From NCBI GenBank assembly GCA_000002435.2, contig CM018793.1: a stretch of 64,000 nucleotides of DNA; one strand, written 5' to 3'. Positions 8,948-17,157 of this stretch are shown here, in pieces (positions within the stretch are counted from its first letter, which is position 1; every line of letters begins with the position of its first letter). Position numbers and translations under genes: made by a program. Below the pieces are notes generated by a model. That model was not told the DNA's origin. It ran no database searches and was given only the letters and a program-made list of their open reading frames with translations. Source of the DNA: Giardia intestinalis (taxonomy: Eukaryota).

Positions 8948-10687
8948 TCATTGTATGCACGGACAGCCCGTATGCACCTCTATCTGCTCAAAGCGATCAG
9001 TAAACCAGTACTTGGCCAGGCTATGCAAGAAGTTGCTACTTCCAGACAGACCGGTTCCTTTGAAGCACTCTTTCGTTAGCCGACGCCCCTGCTCGAGCCG
9101 AGTCCTGATGTTAGCGAAGAGCCGGGCATTTAGAGTGCAGATGAGGAAAGGAACGTTTTCGGCGTCCTTCTGAGCATCACAAAGACGTGTCATAGATTCG
9201 CCTAGTGTGCCCTGCACGCTGGCCTTAGTAAGAAACTTATACTTCTTTAGAAGCTTTGAGTTAACGTACACATTACTCAGACGTGTTTTGACGAGATAGG
9301 GATGAATGAGACTGGGCGTCAACTGTAACTGCCTGGTTTGAACAGAGGGCATAAGGATAACAATGTCAAACATCTCATGGAGCTGTGATATTTCTGTTGA
9401 TATGCCTATTACGCCATTGAATGCGATGTTAAATGTTTGTGCTTCGCCGAGAGTCAAGGAGGTTGAGGCCTTATCGTCTGCATCTGACCAGAGGTAATTA
9501 AACATGGATACTTGAGAAATATGCGTGAGCCTTGATTCAACTGGCCCGCCGTGTAATTTGTGAACGACATTCTCGGGCCCGCTCTCGGTAGGGTCTAGAA
9601 ACAGAAATGGGCGATTGATTTTGGTCTGCTGCGCCACAGCCAATGAATGCAGTTCAATGTGACCCAACAAACGAGGAAGTAACGTATATCTTAGGGCCTC
9701 GGGAACGTTGTCCGACGTATCCGAGAGCAAGTCGCCGGGGGCAGTTCGTGACTCACAATCGTCATCAAAGAAACCCGATGCATTGTTTTTCAATTGCGTA
9801 GTTTGAAAGGACTTTCTCTTTGGGGAGACAACGACTTTACCCTGTCTTTCTACCCGCCGGGCATTCTTCTTATTCTTGTGACCATCATGGGAGGCAGCCT
9901 TTGTGACTGTCTGGGGTGAGAGCAGTATGTGATCATTAAACGTTGTCGTTATGCTGAGCATGGCGAGGGTTCCGATGATATCTACTATATGCTTAACAGG
10001 TGGGTGTGCTGCAATACCGACTCGAAGACCTAGGAGAAGACCTGCTCTGACAATTGCTAAAGTCGATTCATCAAATTCCTCAACAAGACGCTGATCCTGA
10101 TGAGGTCGAAAGAGCTGTGGCCTCATCAGTAGTCTAGCACCCAGAAGTGGACGCAGATGTTCCTTGAGCTCAGACCCAAGATCCAATGGGCTCACAATAG
10201 CCTCGCTTTCGTCGCGAAGACGTACAAGCTCGGAATATATCGTGTCACATACCTTTTTAATCTGAATGGCGCAATCAGAGTCTACAAGCCCCCGTTCCAG
10301 GAACAAGAGCATGTCTCCATGCCCAAAAAGAAGACCAACAGAGAACATTACCGCGTTTCTATTCGCCTGCTTTCCTGTTTCTCCTCTATAGCAGAACAGT
10401 GCAAAGCAACCTTGATGATAGGAGTAACACAAGTCATGCGTCTGCGTATGTGCTCCAGAGATGATGGATGTATGTTCTAGATTATTACTAAGCTTGTGCA
10501 TTAGTAGCATAGCCGGATCAGAGCTCTTCAGGGCGGTGCTGAAGTTATATACAAGCCCCTCCGAACTCATCAATAAGTCTAAAGTACTGCCATGAAGCGG
10601 ATCGAAGTGCGTGCAGAACACATGAGTGGCTTCCGCAAACCGCGGTTCCTCAGACTTGGTGTCCTTGGACGCCGACAGGAAGGCCAT
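8948..10687 (-). CDS. hypothetical protein (579 aa)
   Basis: ATG at 10687 (plus-strand 'cat' at 10685-10687). Long ORF, convergent with the DPY-30 gene across a 26-bp gap. No motif recognised. Confidence 0.45.
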   Translation of the reverse strand: MAFLSASKDTKSEEPRFAEATHVFCTHFDPLHGSTLDLLMSSEGLVYNFSTALKSSDPAMLLMHKLSNNLEHTSIISGAHTQTHDLCYSYHQGCFALFCYRGETGKQANRNAVMFSVGLLFGHGDMLLFLERGLVDSDCAIQIKKVCDTIYSELVRLRDESEAIVSPLDLGSELKEHLRPLLGARLLMRPQLFRPHQDQRLVEEFDESTLAIVRAGLLLGLRVGIAAHPPVKHIVDIIGTLAMLSITTTFNDHILLSPQTVTKAASHDGHKNKKNARRVERQGKVVVSPKRKSFQTTQLKNNASGFFDDDCESRTAPGDLLSDTSDNVPEALRYTLLPRLLGHIELHSLAVAQQTKINRPFLFLDPTESGPENVVHKLHGGPVESRLTHISQVSMFNYLWSDADDKASTSLTLGEAQTFNIAFNGVIGISTEISQLHEMFDIVILMPSVQTRQLQLTPSLIHPYLVKTRLSNVYVNSKLLKKYKFLTKASVQGTLGESMTRLCDAQKDAENVPFLICTLNARLFANIRTRLEQGRRLTKECFKGTGLSGSSNFLHSLAKYWFTDRFEQIEVHTGCPCIQ

Positions 10688-10711
10688 CTAATTTACACAC
10701 TCTAATTTACG

Positions 10712-11422
10712 TTAAGCGAGGACCACCTTGATCGAGGTCTGGACTGTTGGCACATCGATAACGGTGAGAGTTTCGTGCAGGGCGACTGTCTGTGGAAAGG
10801 AGATGCGCGAGAGACTCGACACAAGGTGTGGGTATTGGGTTTTGGTGTACTGTGTGCTTATGTGAAGTTCTTTGAGGACGTCAGTGAGCAGAGGAAGGAC
10901 CTGAGTGCATGCCCTCTTGCTTCCAAACCACACCTCTATCGTGCAGAACTCCTTCTCTAGCTTCAAGCAGCAGCCGTTGATTCCAAGCTTGGTCTTGTCT
11001 GTGGAGGCCGAGGAGTGCTCCAAAGCTCCAGTCAAAAGCAGTGTGCAGATAAAATTCCAGAGAGAATCTAGATCCGTGGGATCGACAATTGGATGTAACT
11101 TGTTAGACGCTTGATAGACCGCCTGGACTGCTTGCACCGATAGGCAACAGCGAAACCTGACGATCGATCCGCCGGCATTCATGGGATCTTCCCACAGGCA
11201 CTCTATTTGGTCTCTGAACAGTGAAATATGACCCTGCCTCAACTTTGAAATGGACGGAATGCTGTGCAAGGAAGATATAATTTCATCTAGATCAGTTGAA
11301 TCCACGCAAATCCTGCTATTCTGCTGGCTGAACGGTATCGGCAGGCTGTGCTTGGAGTAGAAACGCAAGGGCACCCAAAAGGCAACGCTCCACGAGGAGA
11401 GTAGCTCTCCCGTTGCCCCCAT
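10712..11422 (-). CDS. hypothetical protein (about 236 aa)
   Basis: The ORF track begins at a GTG (11491) and overlaps the ARL gene. The first ATG (MGATGELL...) is at 11422 and is preceded on the coding strand by 'gggtcaaaaaATG'. Confidence 0.35.
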   Translation of the reverse strand: MGATGELLSSWSVAFWVPLRFYSKHSLPIPFSQQNSRICVDSTDLDEIISSLHSIPSISKLRQGHISLFRDQIECLWEDPMNAGGSIVRFRCCLSVQAVQAVYQASNKLHPIVDPTDLDSLWNFICTLLLTGALEHSSASTDKTKLGINGCCLKLEKEFCTIEVWFGSKRACTQVLPLLTDVLKELHISTQYTKTQYPHLVSSLSRISFPQTVALHETLTVIDVPTVQTSIKVVLA

Positions 11423-11463
11423 TTTTTGACCCACTCGTTTTAAAACAAAAAGGCAACACGGAT

Positions 11464-11970
11464 TCAAGGCTGCTTTGGCACATCGAGCCACTGCGCAATT
11501 TTGTCACAGCCTTGGCCGTCCAGCCCACAAAACATAAAAACCTCTTGGACGCGGTCTTTGTCCAGTTGTAAAGTGGTCCTGTAATAATCGGCCTTTTGCG
11601 ACACCCCAGGCTGGTCTATTTTCGTTACTACCACTGCAAAACGGGAAGCACGCATGTCCGTGTGCCCCAATATGTCCTTTATCAGATCCCGCGCTTGATC
11701 GAGCGGGCTTGTCCCGTCGACCACAAAGAGGCACGTTTGCGTGCCTGAGTAGTGCTCACTCCACAGCTGCATCATCTCAGCCGAGCCACCCACGTCTATA
11801 ACTTCATATCTATTGTATTTCTCTGCAGTGAAGTTGATTGTGGGATTGACAACAGTAAACGAGTTGGTTTTTAGGTAATTGATCAGGGTGGATTTCCCAG
11901 AGAACTGCCGGCCCAGAATCAATAACTTGGCTGTTTTATGGCGAGCGGGTCTGGAGCTGGCTGCACCCAT
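11464..11970 (-). CDS. ARF-like (ARL) small GTPase
   Basis: N-terminal MGxxxS (Gly2, a candidate myristoylation site). P-loop 'GRQFSGKST', switch II 'IDVGGSA' (DxGG), and 'TKID' (NKxD-like). AT-rich initiator on the minus strand ('cttaaaaaattataaaatattATG'). Confidence 0.7.
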   Translation of the reverse strand: MGAASSRPARHKTAKLLILGRQFSGKSTLINYLKTNSFTVVNPTINFTAEKYNRYEVIDVGGSAEMMQLWSEHYSGTQTCLFVVDGTSPLDQARDLIKDILGHTDMRASRFAVVVTKIDQPGVSQKADYYRTTLQLDKDRVQEVFMFCGLDGQGCDKIAQWLDVPKQP

Positions 11971-12104
11971 AATATTTTATAATTTTTTAAGTTATGAGCA
12001 AGGAAAGAGGAAGGCATAACAAAGGTCTTATTGGATGAAAAGCCTTAGTCAGTACTTACAGAACTAGAGCCGCAACAGAACGGGATCCGGTCATAAGACC
12101 CCAC

Positions 12105-15100
12105 TCAGATCTTACCGTAAGTGGACCTTCTGCTCGGTGTAAGAGCGGTCCCAGCCCCGGAGCTGGGAGCCCTGTAGTTCAGTGCTTCTGCAGCCTTCGG
12201 TAAGTCAACTAGCATGAGCTTGTCCATCAACTCCTTCTGCCTTTCCAACTCGGTCATAACTATGGTTTTCTGTTGCGAGAGGGTGCTCATTGTTTGAGAT
12301 GCATCCAGCATGGATTTGCTGAGCCTTGTCGTCATGTTCTCTGCCTGATTGCGTAGATCGTTAATTTCTTGCTCATATCTAACATTCTCGGCTATTATAT
12401 CATCCATGGCAGACATCTGCTTGTTCAGAGCCAATATATCTTTCTTGAGAGCATCGTTTTCTGCCTTAAGTAAAAGAAATTCTTTGGTTGATGTGATTAG
12501 GCTACTGAATTTTGAATAGAGCATAGAGTGCTCCCTCTCTATACCCTCTGGATTATCTGCCGTCACTTCTATCTCCTGTATTAGTGCTCTCAGTGCATCA
12601 CGCTCCTCAATGAGAGAGGTTATGTCTACATAGGTCTTCTTAAGAGATGCCAGTTTCCGTTTCAGTATTGTTACCTCCTCGATCAGGCAAGGATCGTCCT
12701 TATGACCCAGAAACTGTGCCAATTGGTCTTCAAGATACTGTCGTTCGAGAACAGCAGCGGCTACTTCCGGGTTAGCTTGTCTTGCCTCCTCAAGTGAGCT
12801 GGAGAGTGAGGCTATCTGCCGGTCCAGAAGTGTCGGATTGGTGGAAAAATCCCGAAACTCTTGTAAGTCCTGAGACAGTTCGGCTCTGTGCTTAATTCTG
12901 GCGCTCAGGGACGTGTTGCTGTCACGAGCAGTTGCTAGCTGTACTTCCAGTGTCTCTATTTCATTTTGGAGGCGACTCTCTTGGCCTATTTGGCTCTTGA
13001 ATTCCTTTAATTCCTTTCTCAACGATAAAGCCTTATCGATCATGGTGCTAAGGTTATAGTTACTGGACTTAAACGCCTCCAATATGTTGTGCAAATTATC
13101 AATCCTGGTTTGTAGCGCCTTTGTGTTTCTCTCAGTTCCTTCTGCGCTCTCTGCTGCCATCTGGCAGTCCTCACAGAGGATGGTGAGGTCTTCTATGTCA
13201 AGAAGGCAGTTATGTATTTCTGGATAAGACTCTCGTAATTCAAGAAGGTTGTTTTGTATGACTTCGCGGCGAGTTTCTAGCTCATCTAGGGCTCCTGGCC
13301 TGAGATAATTGTCTATCTCGGCGTGCAAGTCCTTTATGTCCTGGTTCAATGCAGTTATCGCGTGATCATCCTGCTGCAGTTGTTGAAGCTGCAGTTGAAG
13401 ATGTGCCTTCTTGGCCTCTAATTGGTCAAGGACGACTTTTGGATCCTCGATGCGCTCATATTGCTTTAGTGACATTCCCAGCTCGTCGCAGTCCTTTATT
13501 AACTGGTGTAGCTGTGGATTGGCCTTCATTAGCGCATCGAAACGAAGCTGCAGATCACTCTTCTTTGTCTCGAGCAGCTCAGTATTGAGCCTCCCTTCAT
13601 GGATGTCACCAACCAACGTCTCTAGGTACTTATTTTCCTCTATGATGCTGAAAATGGAAGGATGCTTCTGTTTGAGAGCAGACAGTTGATCTACCAAGTT
13701 GGCATTTTCACGCACTATGGCAGAAGGCTGTTTAATGGCATTTGTTAAGCTATTAAGCTCTACCGTGGTTACTTCTATGCGGTTAATAAGCTCGGCTAGC
13801 TGGGGATTAGACTTCCGGAGCGTCTCCACTTCTGTTTCCAGACTCCTCTGACGGGCCTCGAGACGGCTCGGGTTATCTTTGTATGTCTTCATCTCTTCTA
13901 ATATCAGTTTGAGGTGCTCTACCTCGTTGACAAGGTGAGTGATGCCTTTTTCGCTCTTTATAGTGAAAAGCTCGGTCTGGAGTTGCGAGATATCATCAGA
14001 CAACGTCTTTTCATTGATCTCTCCGGATTTAAAGGCATTAATGAGACCTCTGAGCCGGTCTTGTTCGTCAAGTAGTAGCGAAACAGCAGAATTAGTATTT
14101 CTTAGAACGCGTGCCTCATTGCTTAACGATGTAATGACATTGCGTAACTCTGTTGTATCCAGAGAGTAGCGCTGAAGTTCAACAATCTCACGCTCTAGTT
14201 GGGCTTTCTCAGCTAAAAGTGCACCAACGGGTGACTTCTTTGCAGTATCATCTAGCGCTTTCAGTTGAGCCTTCAGTTGGGCAATTTGTTCCACGAGGCA
14301 TTCTGACTTGACAGAGTTATCTTTAGCTAATTGCGTGCTGGCTTCCAGCTTCTGCTGAAGAGAGTCAATCTCTGCAAGACGCTCAAACACATGGCTGTGC
14401 GCACTGTGCAATTCAGCAATCTCGTGCTCAATCTCTACTTTTTTCTGAGCAAGCTGGTCAGGACTATTAATATAGTTTTTGTATTGGCTCACTTCCTGCT
14501 GCATGCCCTCAACAGACTGCAGCAGCTGAAGAACATCCGGGGAGCCACGCTTCAAATCCTCCAAGGCATTGATTAGCTCACGATTTTGCTGCTCTAGCCG
14601 TGGCCTAGATTGAATAGCTATCTCTAGTGTTTGCATCTTCTCCTTCAGGCGTTCATTTTCAGCCAAAAGGGAATCTATGTCTGGGTTAAGTGTCTTCAGT
14701 TCTGCAATCTTATCTAGCAATACCTGCTTGCTTTCCTCCAAACGTCCTCTATCATCAATGCTCGCGTGGAACTCATTGATTTGCTGCAGCAAGCACAGCT
14801 TATCTTGTATGATGGATTCGATATCTGGAAAGTCGAGCTGCAATGCCGCCAGATTCTCTTGTAGCTTGTAATTATCTTCTTGCAAAGCTTCAGGATCTAT
14901 ATTTCCTTCTTTAATATCCATTATTTGGGTGCGGAGTGCGTTGTTTTCGTCCAGGAGCCTCAGAGTATTTCCGTGGGCTTCTTTCAACGCTGCTAGATTT
15001 TCCTGCAGCTGGATATAGTCCGCCTCAATTGTGAGCTTATTGCGCACTGCTGTCTCTACTGCTGCTTGCTCTTCACGGATCTTCTCCAAACCGGTTATCA

Positions 15101-17063
15101 TAGATAGAATCTCCGCACTACTCTCCTTTATTGAAGCCAGCTCTTCTTGAGACTTAACTAGCTCCCCTAGAAGTGTAGAAGGAGACTCAGCGTATAGCTT
15201 AAGCGACTTGATCTCGTTCTGAATGATGCCACGCTTTTCTAGAAGCTCCACTACTCCCGGTGAGTTTGTGCGGAGATCGTTTAGCTCCTGTTCTAGATTA
15301 CAAATCTCTGTGGCAAGAGCGGTGCTGCTGGTTGCAAGTCCATTGAGCTCCATGATCTCGTCTTGCAGAGCTGCTCTCTGCTTAGTAAGTTTCTCCACCT
15401 CTGGGTTATTGCGTTTAAGCTCTTCTTTCAGCCCGCGCATAGCCTCCACTTCGTTGTAAATTGTCTTTATATTGGCCAATGAATCTCCGAAGTTCTTGAT
15501 ATCCTGAGCCAGCTTGTTCTTATCTGCCAAAAGCCCAACGATATCTGGGTTCCCTTCTACTAGCATTGTTAGCTCTCCTCTCAATACCTCTAGTTCTTGC
15601 TCCAAGCTTTGCTTGTTATTTATGTACTCCTTAAACTCTAAGATCTCGTCATGTGTTCGCTTATAGATGTCAACGAGAAGTTTCACATCCGGAGAGGATG
15701 TCTTCAGCATTCCTAGCGTCTCCTTTTCCTGATTAAGCTTGTCAGCAAATCCAGCATTGTTGTCGAGTGCCTGCTGATAGAGGTCCACAATAGATCTGCA
15801 CTCCACATGCTCTCTAACCAGGAGGGAAATCTCTGGGTTGTTCTTTTCAAGTTCTGTAAGCTTCTGCTTCAGGCTTGTACATTCAAAAAGAGCACTTTCT
15901 AGAGTGCTGGTAGAGATGCGTTGTATCATGGAGCGCAGGTCTTCTGCCTTCTTAAGGGTCTCTGCGACATCCGGGTGGTTGGCCGCCATTTCCTGGTATT
16001 GCTTGCGAAGCAACGCATTCTCATTTAACCCATTTGTGGGAAACTGCACCATCTGCCGCAACTCTTCGATGTTCGATAGTAGCTGCTTTCTCTCTGTATA
16101 CCCTTGCATGACTGCCGGGTTGCTTTCGAGTATGGAGTCTATGCTCTGCTGGAGCATGCTTATATTATCAGTTAAACTAACAGGATTAATAATATAATTG
16201 TCCAACAGGCTTTTCTCTGCTTTGAGTTCCATGATTTTGTCAATATACACCGATGCAGTTTGATGTTTCGCGCGCTTAAGCTCAATGGTCGCTTGAAGTG
16301 CAGAGATCTGGTGCGATAGTTGGCTCAGGTCTTCCCCTGTATCCTCGGATGGCGCTGGACCATTACGAACAGGATGCTCAATTAAGGAATATAGATTAAG
16401 CTCGTGTTCTGCGTCTAAATAATCCTGTACCAAGGCCAGTGAATCCGCACTCATCGCTTTTCGAGTCTCCTCAATCTGCTTCCTCAGCAGCTCTGCCTCT
16501 GGGAGCATGACATGGCTTCCACTTGAAGCTGCCTGGATAGCTCGTGTAAGTACTTCAAGCTCCTTTTCAAGCTCTAATTTTTCAGATGTACATTTTTGAA
16601 TGGTCGGGTTTGTGCCCAAATCTGCCACCCGTGTCCGTAGCTCTTCGACTGTGCGGGAAAGAGAGCTCAACTCGGCAAGCTGATCCTGCAATTTAGTGCA
16701 TTCTTCTTTGAGAGCTTCCCTACTTCCTGATTGTTGTTCAATGGCTTCAATACTGGCAAGAAGGTCCTGTCGTGTGACAGATAACGTGGCACGCCCAGAG
16801 AGATCTTGGCAGGACGCAAGAATTGCACCATAAAGAGACTCCACCCGGCCATCGAGTTGCTGACGATACGTCTCCGAGAGCCTCTGTACCTGGAGCTGAA
16901 GCTCAGCACCAAGATTCTTCACGACTTCCTCCGGAAAAAGCCCTGCACCGCCCAAAAGCGCCAAGACATATGTGCTAAAGATATCCATTGTGCCGCTCAC
17001 AGCACCGTTCACTTCCTCGACCAGGGCACTCAGCTGCTCCAGTGGCACGGGATTCAAGGACAT
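12105..17063 (-). CDS. giant coiled-coil repeat protein (about 1,650 aa), probably cytoskeletal
   Basis: The ORF track starts at a TTG (17084); the first ATG (MSLNPVPLEQ...) is at 17063. The protein is almost entirely heptad-rich alpha-helical sequence. It is organised as 20 or more degenerate units of 30-40 residues, each punctuated by an N/S-P-(D/E)-h-x-x-L-L motif: NPEISLLV, SPDVKLLV, NPDIVGLL, NPEVEKLT, SPGVVELL, NPDIDSLL, SPDVLQLL, NPQLAELI, NPQLHQLI, YPEIHNCL, NPEVAAAV and others. Confidence 0.6.
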   Translation of the reverse strand: MSLNPVPLEQLSALVEEVNGAVSGTMDIFSTYVLALLGGAGLFPEEVVKNLGAELQLQVQRLSETYRQQLDGRVESLYGAILASCQDLSGRATLSVTRQDLLASIEAIEQQSGSREALKEECTKLQDQLAELSSLSRTVEELRTRVADLGTNPTIQKCTSEKLELEKELEVLTRAIQAASSGSHVMLPEAELLRKQIEETRKAMSADSLALVQDYLDAEHELNLYSLIEHPVRNGPAPSEDTGEDLSQLSHQISALQATIELKRAKHQTASVYIDKIMELKAEKSLLDNYIINPVSLTDNISMLQQSIDSILESNPAVMQGYTERKQLLSNIEELRQMVQFPTNGLNENALLRKQYQEMAANHPDVAETLKKAEDLRSMIQRISTSTLESALFECTSLKQKLTELEKNNPEISLLVREHVECRSIVDLYQQALDNNAGFADKLNQEKETLGMLKTSSPDVKLLVDIYKRTHDEILEFKEYINNKQSLEQELEVLRGELTMLVEGNPDIVGLLADKNKLAQDIKNFGDSLANIKTIYNEVEAMRGLKEELKRNNPEVEKLTKQRAALQDEIMELNGLATSSTALATEICNLEQELNDLRTNSPGVVELLEKRGIIQNEIKSLKLYAESPSTLLGELVKSQEELASIKESSAEILSMITGLEKIREEQAAVETAVRNKLTIEADYIQLQENLAALKEAHGNTLRLLDENNALRTQIMDIKEGNIDPEALQEDNYKLQENLAALQLDFPDIESIIQDKLCLLQQINEFHASIDDRGRLEESKQVLLDKIAELKTLNPDIDSLLAENERLKEKMQTLEIAIQSRPRLEQQNRELINALEDLKRGSPDVLQLLQSVEGMQQEVSQYKNYINSPDQLAQKKVEIEHEIAELHSAHSHVFERLAEIDSLQQKLEASTQLAKDNSVKSECLVEQIAQLKAQLKALDDTAKKSPVGALLAEKAQLEREIVELQRYSLDTTELRNVITSLSNEARVLRNTNSAVSLLLDEQDRLRGLINAFKSGEINEKTLSDDISQLQTELFTIKSEKGITHLVNEVEHLKLILEEMKTYKDNPSRLEARQRSLETEVETLRKSNPQLAELINRIEVTTVELNSLTNAIKQPSAIVRENANLVDQLSALKQKHPSIFSIIEENKYLETLVGDIHEGRLNTELLETKKSDLQLRFDALMKANPQLHQLIKDCDELGMSLKQYERIEDPKVVLDQLEAKKAHLQLQLQQLQQDDHAITALNQDIKDLHAEIDNYLRPGALDELETRREVIQNNLLELRESYPEIHNCLLDIEDLTILCEDCQMAAESAEGTERNTKALQTRIDNLHNILEAFKSSNYNLSTMIDKALSLRKELKEFKSQIGQESRLQNEIETLEVQLATARDSNTSLSARIKHRAELSQDLQEFRDFSTNPTLLDRQIASLSSSLEEARQANPEVAAAVLERQYLEDQLAQFLGHKDDPCLIEEVTILKRKLASLKKTYVDITSLIEERDALRALIQEIEVTADNPEGIEREHSMLYSKFSSLITSTKEFLLLKAENDALKKDILALNKQMSAMDDIIAENVRYEQEINDLRNQAENMTTRLSKSMLDASQTMSTLSQQKTIVMTELERQKELMDKLMLVDLPKAAEALNYRAPSSGAGTALTPSRRSTYGKI

Positions 17064-17157
17064 TGCCTGTATAGTATTAGTCAAAAATTATTACAAGTAG
17101 TTGCAAAAATTATGGCAAATGCTAAATTCCGAATTTTGAGACACCTCTAAATTAAAA
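17064..17157. promoter_or_regulatory. 94-bp bidirectional promoter region between the two head-to-head coiled-coil genes; AT-rich initiators on both strands
   Basis: '...tcaaaaattattacaagtagttgcaaaaattatggcaaatgctaaattccgaattttgagacacctctaaattaaaa' lies between ATG 17063 (minus strand) and ATG 17158 (plus strand). Confidence 0.5.
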
